Notes under the pieces: model-generated | Databases searched by the model: none | The model's input: only the letters and a program-made list of their open reading frames with translations | Told to the model about the DNA's origin: nothing | DNA from: an uncultured Pseudomonadales bacterium | GTDB taxonomy: Bacteria; Patescibacteriota; Microgenomatia; UBA1400; MFAQ01 | Assembly: GCA_964352325.1 (NCBI GenBank) | Contig: CAYGRQ010000001.1 | Span: 1 to 36,629, forward strand | Reading direction: 5' to 3' | DNA length: 36,629 nt | Shown: positions 23,079 to 32,626 of the stretch, piece by piece | How the letters are laid out: the number at the start of each line of letters is the position of its first letter | Numbering within the stretch: position 1 is the first letter of the stretch | Position numbers and translations under genes: made by a program

Positions 23079-23180
23079 AAGAAACTGCCCTGTCAAGGGG
23101 TAACCCGAGGCTAAAAAGGAGTTTATTTGATGAGGACGATGGGGCCGAGAAGGTAGAGCTGGGCCGTTTCGGCTTCCCCT
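23079..23180 (+). repeat. 102-bp direct repeat, copy A2 (functional 3' end of the lipoprotein gene plus downstream flank)
   Basis: Identical to 22378-22479. It overlaps CDS 23123-23947 over 23123-23180. Confidence 0.9.
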
Positions 23181-23947
23181 TTGAGGTCGTCGCGAACAAT
23201 GTTGGCGGCTTTGTTCCAGGGAAGTTGGTTGAGGCTGACTTCAACTGAGTCAGCCGTGATATTGACCTTGAGCGGTTGGAAGTTGGCCCCGTCGTAGATC
23301 AGGACCGATTTAACTCCCGAGACTCTAAAAGTCAGCTGGCCGCTAATTTTCGCATCACCAACGGCACTAATGGCAATCGGGGCATAGGCCAACTCGCCTT
23401 CGATCGCCTTGGGTAGTCCTTGAGTGTCCAAAAGAATTTGGTCTTTTTGTTTGGCACTACTTGGGGTATAAGTGACCCGCCCATCGGTAGTAGTTACCTC
23501 GCCCTTGACGACGAAAACAAAATCGCTTTTGAGGACGTTCATGACATCACTGCCGTCATCGAGTTTGTTCTTGATGGTGCCGGAAATGAGGTCGGTATCA
23601 AAGGAACATTTACCTCCGGAAGAGCAACTGCCGAGCAGAAAAGCTTGAGCGTAGGGAAGGCTTTTAGGAAAATCGATGGTGGTCCGACCCCCCTTGAGGG
23701 AGTTGCCAGAGAGATATTCGAGATCAACGGATGACTGTTTGTACTTGGTGTCAACCCGATCGAGATAGATGGTCAGGAGTTTACCGGTAGTGTGGGGAAA
23801 GACAACCAGAAAGGGGCGCTCCCCCACCGGCAGAGCGTTGATTAGTTGGCGGGGCTGTTTGGTGGTCTGACTAGGACCAGCTTTTTTTGCTCCGCAGGCG
23901 GATAACAGCAGGGCGGCGCCAAGGATAAGACCAAATTTTTTAAACAT
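23123..23947 (-). CDS. Lipoprotein of unknown function
   Basis: MFKKFGLILGAALLLSAC has a lipobox (LSAC) after a signal peptide. The rest has no recognisable motif. Confidence 0.7.
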   Translation of the reverse strand: MFKKFGLILGAALLLSACGAKKAGPSQTTKQPRQLINALPVGERPFLVVFPHTTGKLLTIYLDRVDTKYKQSSVDLEYLSGNSLKGGRTTIDFPKSLPYAQAFLLGSCSSGGKCSFDTDLISGTIKNKLDDGSDVMNVLKSDFVFVVKGEVTTTDGRVTYTPSSAKQKDQILLDTQGLPKAIEGELAYAPIAISAVGDAKISGQLTFRVSGVKSVLIYDGANFQPLKVNITADSVEVSLNQLPWNKAANIVRDDLKGEAETAQLYLLGPIVLIK

Positions 23948-23952
23948 TAGTT

Positions 23953-25326
23953 TTAAGTATTTAGAAATGAGATTAGTTTGTCAACACTGACGCGCTCCTG
24001 AATGGCGGTATCGCGATCGCGGACGGTGACGGTGTCGTCCTGAAGGGTTTGGAAATCGATCGTGACACAGGCCGGGGTGCCGATTTCATCCTGACGTCGA
24101 TAGCATTTACCAATATTGCCCGAATTGTCGTATTCAGCTCGGAAAGCCCACTTGAGTGAATCAAAAATCTGTTTGGCCTTTTGTGTCAATTCCGGCTTAT
24201 TTCTGGCCAATGGGATGACGGCCACCTGCACTGGGGCAAGAGTTTTCTGTAATTTGAGGAAGATTCTTTTTTCGCTATTTTTCTCATCTTCAGAGTAAGC
24301 GTCACATAGAATGGCCAGAACCAATCTACCTACCCCGGAAGAAGATTCAATAATGTGTGGCATGAATTTTTGACCTGAGTTCGGGTCGACATACGACAGA
24401 TCGGTTCCGGAGAATTTACTATGTTGTGATAGGTCGTAGTCACCTCGGGCATGAACTCCTTCAAGTTCGTCGAAACCCCACGGGAAATCATATTCAATGT
24501 CGTATGCCTCTTTGGCATAAAAAACGAGATTTTCGTGTTTTTTCCAACGGAGGTTTGTCATATTAAAACCGAGAGCTTTGTAATACTCCCAGCGTTCCTG
24601 TCTGAGCTTTTCGTATTGGATCATCTCCTCTTCAGGAGAAGTAAAAAACTGCATTTCCATCTGTTCAAATTCCCTGGTACGGAAAATAAAGCGTCTGGCT
24701 GTAATCTCGTTCCTGAAAGCTTTGCCAATTTGGGCAATACCGAAAGGAATTTTGACACGACTTGAGTCTAAAACGGACTTAAAGTTGACGTAGATTCCCT
24801 GACAGGTTTCGCCTCTCAAATAAACCGGATTTTCGGTCATGTCCTCAGTAAAGTTGCCGAAGTTTGATTTAACAAGTAGGTTAAATTTTTTGGCGTGGGA
24901 AAAGTCATTGGTCCCGCACTGCGGACACTTAATTTTGTCTTTGTTTTGGACAATTAGGCGATTAATTTCTTCGATACTAATTTTCTCGTCTGCTTCGACT
25001 CCTATCTCATTAAGCATTTTATCGGCTCTTGAACGAGTGTGACATTTTTTGCATTCGACAAGTGGATCTGAAAAACCGCCCACATGACCACTGGCTTCCC
25101 AAATCCTTGGGTGCATAAAAATGGCTGAATCTAAACCAACGATATCCTCGCGAGCTTGGACCATATGGAGCCACCAAAAACGCTTGATCGCGTTTTCAAG
25201 TTCTACACCGTAAGGTCCAAAATCATAAACCGCGGCAAAGCCGCCATAGATTTCAGATGATGGGTAGACAAAACCACGCCTTTTGGCGAGAGAGATGACT
25301 TTATCAAGGAGTTCTTGGTCGGCCAT
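23953..25326 (-). CDS. glyQS: Glycine--tRNA ligase (alpha2 type)
   Basis: The N-terminus LAKRRGFVYPSSEIYGG, class II motifs (FRNEITARRFIFRTREFEQMEMQFF) and typical length (457 aa). Confidence 0.93.
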   Translation of the reverse strand: MADQELLDKVISLAKRRGFVYPSSEIYGGFAAVYDFGPYGVELENAIKRFWWLHMVQAREDIVGLDSAIFMHPRIWEASGHVGGFSDPLVECKKCHTRSRADKMLNEIGVEADEKISIEEINRLIVQNKDKIKCPQCGTNDFSHAKKFNLLVKSNFGNFTEDMTENPVYLRGETCQGIYVNFKSVLDSSRVKIPFGIAQIGKAFRNEITARRFIFRTREFEQMEMQFFTSPEEEMIQYEKLRQERWEYYKALGFNMTNLRWKKHENLVFYAKEAYDIEYDFPWGFDELEGVHARGDYDLSQHSKFSGTDLSYVDPNSGQKFMPHIIESSSGVGRLVLAILCDAYSEDEKNSEKRIFLKLQKTLAPVQVAVIPLARNKPELTQKAKQIFDSLKWAFRAEYDNSGNIGKCYRRQDEIGTPACVTIDFQTLQDDTVTVRDRDTAIQERVSVDKLISFLNT

Positions 25327-25335
25327 GAGGTTATT

Positions 25336-25878
25336 TTAGCCTATTTTTATCCGGGCGGACACCAGCGGACGATCGATCAGGGACTCGAAGTAGGAAACGA
25401 GAGCGGAGGGCTCGTTACTTTTGGGTGGGGGGAAACCGAGGCGGTTGATCAGGTAATGCTGAAACTCAATCGCCAGGTGGCGGCAGGCCGACTCGGCGGA
25501 CAGATTTAGATCCTCAAGAAATTTTTTCAAGGCGGAGAAAAGCGCTTCATCGGGTTCGCCTTCGGCCAGGGTCCGATGAAGAATCTCGGTCAGGTAAAAA
25601 CAGGTCCGGGTTTTTTTGAGGTCGGCTTTGATTTCGGAGAAGGCGTTAACGGTTTCCACTTGAGAGAGATATTGAGGGATGTCGCCTCTGTTGGTCTGAA
25701 ATTTGATCAGATTAAGATTGTCCAGGTGGGGTGATTTTTTCGAGGTCAGGCGGCGGGCCCCTTTGCCGACAACTTTAATAAGGCCGTGGTGCCAACTAAA
25801 GATAAAGACAAATTTATCGGCCTCACCAAAACGGACCTGGTGAATAATGATACCCAAATCGGAAATGGAAGCGGTCAT
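25336..25878 (-). CDS. recO: DNA repair protein RecO (short form)
   Basis: An N-terminal OB-fold pattern GIIIHQVRFGEADKFVFIFSWHHGLIKVVGKGARR. At 180 aa it is shorter than typical RecO and lacks the Zn-finger region. Confidence 0.7.
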   Translation of the reverse strand: MTASISDLGIIIHQVRFGEADKFVFIFSWHHGLIKVVGKGARRLTSKKSPHLDNLNLIKFQTNRGDIPQYLSQVETVNAFSEIKADLKKTRTCFYLTEILHRTLAEGEPDEALFSALKKFLEDLNLSAESACRHLAIEFQHYLINRLGFPPPKSNEPSALVSYFESLIDRPLVSARIKIG

Positions 25879-25884
25879 ACTCCC

Positions 25885-27774
25885 CTATTCTAGAACAAGC
25901 TCGATGTCGCGGGTGAGATCAATGGTGGTCGGCCTGCCGTCGAGGGTGATCGCGTGTTTGACGCTACTTAAACCCGGCTGTTTTTGGATTAAGATCCGAT
26001 AAGGAGAGAGGTTAAGAGATGGCAGTTCATAGGTAAAGACGAGTTTGCTGCTGCTTTCCGGGCGCATGGTAAAGAAAGCGTCAAAGACGGTCTTGCCGAG
26101 GTCCTCGAAGGTGCTTTCTTTGACTTCACTGCCGATGACGCTGACTAATTTACTGCCCTTAGGAACATAGAGACGAACATAGTCACGATAAACACCATTT
26201 AAGCAGAGTTGACCGGCTTCGAGATTGCAGTTACTGCCCTTTCTGGGGTTGGTGTAGGTGATGGTCACTTTTTTCGTCACTTTATCGCCTGCGGTTTCAA
26301 TTTCCTGTTCGACCTCGCGTTTGATAAAGAGGTCGGACTTGGCGCCGCCGAAGTTGCTGTCGTTGACGTGCAGATAGTCGTAATCGTAGTCCCTGATCCG
26401 GCCGGCGGCATTGAAGCTTTCGGCCGCTTTTTGGTTGGCCTCTTCAAAGAAGTAGAAGAGGACGTGCTTCTGGTTGATCGCTTCGAGGACAATGTTCAGA
26501 AACTTTGGCCACTTGGCCTTGGGGCTACCCATGGCGTTAGCCAAAATCGAGTGCATCAGGGGACCGAGAACGGCCTTGCGGTCGACGCGGACGCCGGGAA
26601 CGGGCTTACTGATGATATCTTCGAGAATGTAAACGACCTGGGGACAGTCACAGCGGGGGTCATTTGCCGCCGAGAAGTTACCCCAGCCGCCGACGCCGAT
26701 GGGGCCCAGTTCTTTGAGAAGAGCGACCGGTAAATAGGTATCGAGGGCGATGATGCCGTCGATGGTGGACAAACCGAGGTCGCGGACATATTTGGAAAAA
26801 GTATCCATGGAGATTTTGTAGTCCGGGGAAAAGTTCATATTCCTTAGGTACCAGCGATTTTCGTTGAGGTATTTTTTGATCGGATCGGGGGGGGTGACGT
26901 TTTTGTTAAATCTGGCGTCAAGATCGTAGATGTTGAATGAGTTGAGGGGGGTGATTTTGCCCTTGCTCACTTTCAGGTAGGCATAGGCGGTTAAAAAGCC
27001 GCCGGTGGGGCGGAGTTCGCCGTCGTTTTGGAAGAGGAGCAGGTAGGTTTTTTCATTGGGGTCGCCGAGGAGGGTGGGCAGAAGATCGATCAGGGGTTTG
27101 GCCTGGGAAATGATGACGGCAAAGCTAGTGACGCTGTCTTGGATGCCGACGATTTTGGCCCGGACGGCCTTGCCCATGAATTCTTCGGGATAGCGGGCAG
27201 GGTTAATCTGGCCCAGTTCACTTTTGACTTTCTCGATATCGCCGGAAATGGACTCAAGTTGGGGCGAAATCTTGCCGAGGGTATTAACCAGGAAGACAAT
27301 CCGGTCTTCGATGGACTGGACGGCGGTTAGATTTTTGGCTTCGGTCTTGAAACCGATCAGGTCGGAGTAAGGCTCGATGGCGAGGATCAGTTTATCGAGG
27401 GCGTCGATACCGGCGGAAGCGGCATTCAAGCCGTGGTTGCCGTCGCTAACGTAAGCGCCCAAGAAGGGAACGGCGGTAAGTAACTTGACCTGGTTATACT
27501 TCCCCTGAATTTCGGTTAATTTTTCCCGGAGTTTGGCCGACGCTTCCTTGGCCTTGATCAAGTCCTGTCCCTGAAAGGCAGTGACGATTTCATTGCCGTT
27601 GCCGGCGGCTTCAGTTAATAGGGGTTGGAGTGATTTAGCGAAAACATAAGCATAAAGGCCGGTGCCGCCGAGGAGAAGTACTAAAACCAAGACGGAAAGA
27701 AAAACCCACTTTAAAAAGCCGAGTTTTCTCGTTTTAACTTTTTCCGGTTGGGGATCGATTTTTTTTAGTTCCAT
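25885..27774 (-). CDS. DUF4012 domain membrane-anchored protein
   Basis: An N-terminal TM segment and the family hallmark TYLLLFQNDGELRPTGGFLTAYAYLKV. It lies next to the glycan genes. Confidence 0.8.
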   Translation of the reverse strand: MELKKIDPQPEKVKTRKLGFLKWVFLSVLVLVLLLGGTGLYAYVFAKSLQPLLTEAAGNGNEIVTAFQGQDLIKAKEASAKLREKLTEIQGKYNQVKLLTAVPFLGAYVSDGNHGLNAASAGIDALDKLILAIEPYSDLIGFKTEAKNLTAVQSIEDRIVFLVNTLGKISPQLESISGDIEKVKSELGQINPARYPEEFMGKAVRAKIVGIQDSVTSFAVIISQAKPLIDLLPTLLGDPNEKTYLLLFQNDGELRPTGGFLTAYAYLKVSKGKITPLNSFNIYDLDARFNKNVTPPDPIKKYLNENRWYLRNMNFSPDYKISMDTFSKYVRDLGLSTIDGIIALDTYLPVALLKELGPIGVGGWGNFSAANDPRCDCPQVVYILEDIISKPVPGVRVDRKAVLGPLMHSILANAMGSPKAKWPKFLNIVLEAINQKHVLFYFFEEANQKAAESFNAAGRIRDYDYDYLHVNDSNFGGAKSDLFIKREVEQEIETAGDKVTKKVTITYTNPRKGSNCNLEAGQLCLNGVYRDYVRLYVPKGSKLVSVIGSEVKESTFEDLGKTVFDAFFTMRPESSSKLVFTYELPSLNLSPYRILIQKQPGLSSVKHAITLDGRPTTIDLTRDIELVLE

Positions 27775-27778
27775 GGTT

Positions 27779-28429
27779 CTACCATTTTGAGATCATCGCC
27801 AGTGGTGTTTTGAGGGCGATATAAAAATCATACACTAGTGAGCGGCGGTGGGCATAGTCGGCGTCGAGAGCAACGCGCTGGTCCCAGGGGATGACATTTC
27901 GACCCGAAACCTGCCAGGGACCAGTCAGGCCGGGCTTAGCCATCAGGCTTTCCTTGATGAGGGGGGTGATTTTTTGGCCGTAGCGTTTGACGGCATCGTC
28001 GATTTCCGGTTTGACATAGGCCCGCGGCCCAATTAAACTCATGTCGCCTTTGAGAATGTTAAAAACTTGAGGGAATTCGTCAATGCTGGTTTGCCGCAGT
28101 ATTTTCCCCAAGCGGGTGATGCGCGGGTCTTCCTCGAGGGTTAACTTCCAACCGGCTGTTTTGTATTTTTCGAAAAGTTCCCGGTTGTATTTCCAAAACT
28201 CGACGGCGTGAACTTCCTGGCCGTTAATCTCAAACATCTTCATCGAGCGGAATTTGAGCATTTTGAAGGGTAGACCGTAGCGGCCAACGCGCTCGGGAGA
28301 ATAAAAAACGGTGCCCCTGGATTCAAGTTTGATCAGAATAGGAACAATCAGCCAGATGGGAAGAAAAAGAATGATCAAAATAAGGGCGGCGAGAATGTCG
28401 ATGACGCGTTTGCTGATTTCGTAAAACAT
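27779..28429 (-). CDS. Monotopic (PglC-type) polyprenyl-phosphate sugar-phosphate transferase
   Basis: The Bac_transf pattern KRVIDILAALILII...ERVGRYGLPFKMLKFRSM...DEFPQVFNILKGDMSLIGPR. 216 aa. Confidence 0.88.
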   Translation of the reverse strand: MFYEISKRVIDILAALILIILFLPIWLIVPILIKLESRGTVFYSPERVGRYGLPFKMLKFRSMKMFEINGQEVHAVEFWKYNRELFEKYKTAGWKLTLEEDPRITRLGKILRQTSIDEFPQVFNILKGDMSLIGPRAYVKPEIDDAVKRYGQKITPLIKESLMAKPGLTGPWQVSGRNVIPWDQRVALDADYAHRRSLVYDFYIALKTPLAMISKW

Positions 28430-29536
28430 TTACAGATATTGGTTAAGCTTTTTTTCTTTGAGTAAGTTTACCAGCTTCTTGACGTCCTGGGTCTTGGTTT
28501 TATCACAGATAAGCATGATATCGCCAGCGTCGATAACGACGAGGTTGTTGACCCCGACCAGAGCAAGAGGGTTTTTGCCGGGGATCAAGAGACTATTCGT
28601 CGCCCCGAGGCAAAGGATTTTGTTCTTGTCGCCGATGACGACATTGCCGCAATCGTCTTTCTGCTTCAGGGCATAAACGTGGTCCCAAGTACCGACGTCG
28701 CTCCAAGTTTCCTCAAGGACGACCATGTAAGTCGCGCCGGTCGTTTTTTCCAGAACCTGGTTGTCGATACTGCTCTCGACAAGCTTCTGGTAGTGGCCTT
28801 TCAGTTTTTCTGCCTCCAAACGGGCCGGTAGTCTGAGGTCGCTTTCAATTTGTTCCAAGACCCGACTAGTAGCGGGGTCGTAGAGGGCGATGAGAGACAG
28901 CATTTTGGCGACGGTAGTCGTAAAACCGAAGACATGCCAAAAATAATCGCCGGATTCCAAATATTGCTCGGCGGTTTCAAGCGGTGGTTTTTCGTGGAAG
29001 GACTTGACCAGATACGAGTCGGCCCCGTTTTTGGTCCGGCTCTCTTTATCTACCTGGACATAGCCATAGCCGGTATTGGGGTCGGCCGGTTTGACGCCAT
29101 AGATAACGAGCGCGTCCCGGGCAAGCGCAATTTTGGCGGCTTCCTTGAGAGCTTTGGCGTATTTGGTCTCGTCTTTGAGGTAATCGTCAGCAGCGATAAT
29201 GTGGAGGACCGCTTCGGGGTTTAGTTGTTTGATGTAGGTGGCAGTGTAACCATAGGCGGCGGTGGTCCCCTTTTTGGCCGGTTCGCCCATGAAGTTCTGC
29301 TGGGGAAACTCGGGCAGGTAGTGTTTCAAATACTGCCCGTATTCTTCCGGAGCGACAATAAAAACCCGTTTTTGGGGGGCAACTTTCAGAGCCCGGCGGT
29401 AAACCGTCTGAATAAATGACTGATCATCAAAGATGCTTAAAAATTGTTTCGGTCTTTTTTGGCGGGAAAGCGGCCAAAGTCTGGTGCCGGTACCGCCGGC
29501 TACAATAATGACATATTCTTCGCGTGCTCTTGCCAT
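28430..29536 (-). CDS. manC: Mannose-1-phosphate guanylyltransferase-like nucleotidyltransferase
   Basis: IIVAGGTGTRLWPLSRQKRPKQFL. At 368 aa it has no C-terminal PMI cupin domain. The start overlaps the upstream GT4 stop region by 37 nt. Confidence 0.8.
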   Translation of the reverse strand: MARAREEYVIIVAGGTGTRLWPLSRQKRPKQFLSIFDDQSFIQTVYRRALKVAPQKRVFIVAPEEYGQYLKHYLPEFPQQNFMGEPAKKGTTAAYGYTATYIKQLNPEAVLHIIAADDYLKDETKYAKALKEAAKIALARDALVIYGVKPADPNTGYGYVQVDKESRTKNGADSYLVKSFHEKPPLETAEQYLESGDYFWHVFGFTTTVAKMLSLIALYDPATSRVLEQIESDLRLPARLEAEKLKGHYQKLVESSIDNQVLEKTTGATYMVVLEETWSDVGTWDHVYALKQKDDCGNVVIGDKNKILCLGATNSLLIPGKNPLALVGVNNLVVIDAGDIMLICDKTKTQDVKKLVNLLKEKKLNQYL

Positions 29537-30612
29537 AACGCATTAACTTTAGCAGAAAAGGCGGCGCTAAATCCAGCTTCCGAGAATTCCGCCGCTTTTT
29601 CGCGGCAACGCTTGGCGCTGATCTGATGACGATGGCTCTCGAAACGGTGGACGACGTTTTCGATGCTGGCTGGTGTCTGTTCGTCAAAAAACAAGCCGGT
29701 GTATTTGTCAATGATGGTCTCCAGGGCACCACCCGCCCGGAAAGCCAAGGTTGGGGTGCCGGCGGTGGCGGCTTCGAGCGGGACCAAACCGAAATCTTCA
29801 ACCTGGGGAAAAATGAGGGCGCGGGCGAGGGCGTACAAACGTCTGAGTTTAACGTCATTGACCTGCCCAACAAACTCAATGGTGTCGCCGGCCATTTTTT
29901 TTAGCTTTTTTTCTTCCGAGCCGGTGCCGGCAATGATCAGGGGCAGTTTCAATCGATTAAAGGCCTCGATCACCAGATCGACTTTTTTGTAAGGGACCAA
30001 GCGACTGACCAGCAAATAGAAATTACTTTTCTTGTGGCGATGGGGGGCGCTAAAAAAATCGTAGTTGATGGGAGGATATATTACCGTAGAGGGGCGGCCA
30101 TAATATTCTTTGACCCGCCCGGCGACTTCCCGGCTAATCGACAGGTAGGCGTCAGGCCGACTGGCGTAAATCTGATCGGCGACTTTGGCGCCCGGCAAGT
30201 ATTTATCAAACAGCCATTTCAGTGGAAAATGGCGACGGTAGAGGGCGGCGCTACTGTAAAGATGGCGAGTCGGGGTAAGACAATAGCAAAGATGGAGCGT
30301 CTCCGGCCGGGTAATCACGGCTTTAGCTTGTTGATCGCTGGTGACCGAAATGACGACATCAAATTCCTTGAGATTGAAAGTCTCAAAGGCAAGTGCGGAG
30401 AACGGTGCCAGGATTTCGTGGCGGCGGCGGAGGAACTTTATTTTATTAAAGAAAGTTGGAATGACCCTAAATCCTTTGGCCCAGGGAGCGGTTGGTTTAT
30501 TATAGACGAGGGTGTAAAGAGGGGCGTCGGGGTAAAGTTTTTTTAAGGCCAAAAGGACTCTCTCGGCGCCGCCGAATTTGTTGACCCGGTCATAAACTAA
30601 GGCGACTTTCAT
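29500..30612 (-). CDS. Glycosyltransferase family 4 (GT-B)
   Basis: MKVALVYDRVNKFGGAERV, and a C-terminal EDFGLVPLEAATAGTPTLA (E-x7-E-like) motif. ATG 30612 forms an ATGA overlap with the upstream stop. Confidence 0.85.
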   Translation of the reverse strand: MKVALVYDRVNKFGGAERVLLALKKLYPDAPLYTLVYNKPTAPWAKGFRVIPTFFNKIKFLRRRHEILAPFSALAFETFNLKEFDVVISVTSDQQAKAVITRPETLHLCYCLTPTRHLYSSAALYRRHFPLKWLFDKYLPGAKVADQIYASRPDAYLSISREVAGRVKEYYGRPSTVIYPPINYDFFSAPHRHKKSNFYLLVSRLVPYKKVDLVIEAFNRLKLPLIIAGTGSEEKKLKKMAGDTIEFVGQVNDVKLRRLYALARALIFPQVEDFGLVPLEAATAGTPTLAFRAGGALETIIDKYTGLFFDEQTPASIENVVHRFESHRHQISAKRCREKAAEFSEAGFSAAFSAKVNALWQEHAKNMSLL

Positions 30613-31712
30613 TGCTGGTAAACAGTTAGTGTTTGGCGGGCGCACTTGGCCCAACTAAACTGTTTGACTCTTTTTCTGCCGGCGGCAATAAGGGAGATCA
30701 GCAACTCCTGATCAGAGATTAATCGGGAAAGGGCCCCGACCAACTCATCTTCGTTTCGAGGATCAAAGTAGAGGGCGGCGTCGCCATAAATCTCGGGTAG
30801 AACGGTGGCATTACTGGCTAAAACCGGTAAACCGACGGACATCGCCTCCAAGCCGGTCAAACCGAAGCCTTCTATTAGTGAGGGCTGGACCAGAGCCAGG
30901 GCTTGAGAGTAAAGAAGGGCCAAGTCGCTGTCGGCAACGAAACCAAGATACTTGACTGTTTCGTCCGGGGTGATGATTTTTTTGAAAGCGTCATCACGAC
31001 CACAGGCGAGAGCTAGTTGGAGTTTGTGTTCGTGGGAGAGGTTAAAGCGCTTGACCGCCTCGACCAGAAAGGGCACATTTTTGTGGGGATAAAGATTGCC
31101 GGTATAAATAACGAAAGGTTTGGACAGACCGTAACGGCTTAAGACCTCAGCGGGCAAACCTTTCGGAGGGGAGGTGGGGGTTTTTGTCGCCGCCTCGTAA
31201 GTGACAAAGATTTTGGCGGGTGCAATCGCAAAATGTTTGATGAGGTAATCTTTCCAGAAAAAGGCGGGGGTAATAATGGCGCCAGCGCGGGCTAAATTAA
31301 CCCGAACCACCAGCCGATAGAGGAGGTGTTTGAGCCAGTATTGATAAAACGGTAGAGTGGTGGTCGCCCGACCGACGGATAAGTGTTTGATCAAATCGTG
31401 AAGAGTGATTACCAACGGGCCCGGATAAAAAATCGGGGCATTAAAGTGGGGCACGTGGAGCAGGTCGAGTTTTTCAGAAAGAAATATACCGGGGTTCTTT
31501 ATCTGTTCGGCGAGTGAGTAGGGCCGGGTTGACAACTTTACCCATTTAAAGTTGGGGTACTTTTCGATTTCGGTTTTTATCTCTTCCCGACCAAAAATGA
31601 CATACTCGTTTTTCTTGTCAATTTTAGCCAAACTTAAAACGAGGTTTTGGACATAGCGGCCGATGCCGGTATCTCTTGTGCCCCAGTAGCGCGCGTCGAT
31701 GCCAATCCGCAT
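30609..31712 (-). CDS. Glycosyltransferase family 4 (GT-B)
   Basis: MRIGIDARYW..TGIGRYVQNL and EGFGLTGLEAMSVGLPVLAS. Confidence 0.85.
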   Translation of the reverse strand: MRIGIDARYWGTRDTGIGRYVQNLVLSLAKIDKKNEYVIFGREEIKTEIEKYPNFKWVKLSTRPYSLAEQIKNPGIFLSEKLDLLHVPHFNAPIFYPGPLVITLHDLIKHLSVGRATTTLPFYQYWLKHLLYRLVVRVNLARAGAIITPAFFWKDYLIKHFAIAPAKIFVTYEAATKTPTSPPKGLPAEVLSRYGLSKPFVIYTGNLYPHKNVPFLVEAVKRFNLSHEHKLQLALACGRDDAFKKIITPDETVKYLGFVADSDLALLYSQALALVQPSLIEGFGLTGLEAMSVGLPVLASNATVLPEIYGDAALYFDPRNEDELVGALSRLISDQELLISLIAAGRKRVKQFSWAKCARQTLTVYQQ

Positions 31713-31717
31713 ATCTT

Positions 31718-32626
31718 TTAGGTTAAGTGATGTTTAATGACCCGGAGCCAACCTTTCAGGGTGATGGCAGAGAGGACCAACCAGGTGACAATGGCGGGAT
31801 ATTTTTTAGAATAGAATTTTTTGTAGAAAATTTTCATCGCTTCGACTGATGATTTGGCCACCCTGATCCGGGTGGCCCGATCGACGGAAACGGTTTTGGC
31901 GGTTTCTTGGCGTAGTCCCGATGAGGCCCCTTTGAGGTGGAGGGCGCTGACTTTGGGGTAATAAATGATTTTATAGCCGGCTTCGTTGAGGCGATAGCAA
32001 AGATCAATGTCCTCGCCGTAGAAATAGTAAGCTTCGTCCCAGCGGCCGATTTGGTCAAAGACCTTGGCGGGCATCATCAAAAACGAGCCGGCGGCGACGG
32101 GGATGGAGTGGATGCGGTTGAGTTTGGCGAGGCCCAAATAATAGGGGTTAAAAATAATCGAGTGGGGAAAAAGTTTGGCTAGATAGGTAAAGTGAGTAAA
32201 CGAAGCCCAGGGAGTGGGGTAACCGCGGTGATTGTCAATATCGAGCGAGCCGCCGGCGGTCACCAATTTGATGGTGATGGCGCCAACTTTGGGGTGGTTT
32301 TTGAGAAACTTCAGGGGTTTGACCAAACTGTAGCGTTTGACCACGGTGTCGGAGTTTAGGAAGAGAAGATATTTCCCCCTGGTAACTTTGTAGCCTTCGT
32401 TGTTGGCCCGGGCAAAACCGAGGTTGGCTTTGTTCCTGACTAATTTGACTTGCTTAAACTCCTTGGCCACCATCTGGCTGCTACCGTCTGAGCTATTGTT
32501 GTCGACAACAATGACCTCCAGGTCGTTCTTCGGAGCGGCGGCGGCGAAAACCGAGCGGAGGCAGTCGGCCAATAAGTCCTTGGTATTGTAGTTAACAACG
32601 ATGATCGAAAGATTGGGTTGGATCAT
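31718..32626 (-). CDS. Glycosyltransferase family 2 (COG1216-like)
   Basis: [30 protein letters not shown] and [11 protein letters not shown]. The C-terminus has a hydrophobic segment. Confidence 0.85.
   Translation of the reverse strand: MIQPNLSIIVVNYNTKDLLADCLRSVFAAAAPKNDLEVIVVDNNSSDGSSQMVAKEFKQVKLVRNKANLGFARANNEGYKVTRGKYLLFLNSDTVVKRYSLVKPLKFLKNHPKVGAITIKLVTAGGSLDIDNHRGYPTPWASFTHFTYLAKLFPHSIIFNPYYLGLAKLNRIHSIPVAAGSFLMMPAKVFDQIGRWDEAYYFYGEDIDLCYRLNEAGYKIIYYPKVSALHLKGASSGLRQETAKTVSVDRATRIRVAKSSVEAMKIFYKKFYSKKYPAIVTWLVLSAITLKGWLRVIKHHLT

Noticed and set aside
23044-23248. Small overlapping ORFs (66 aa minus, 64 aa plus) spanning the right TIR, repeat A2 and the lipoprotein 3' end.
   Set aside because: They overlap the well-supported lipoprotein CDS and repeat DNA, and have no start context or motifs. 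They are most likely spurious.
31449-31458. A search for a parS site. The only CACGTG core I noticed is here (GGGGCACGTGGAGC).
   Set aside because: The flanks do not match the TGTTNCACGTGAAACA consensus, and the site lies inside a GT4 coding region.
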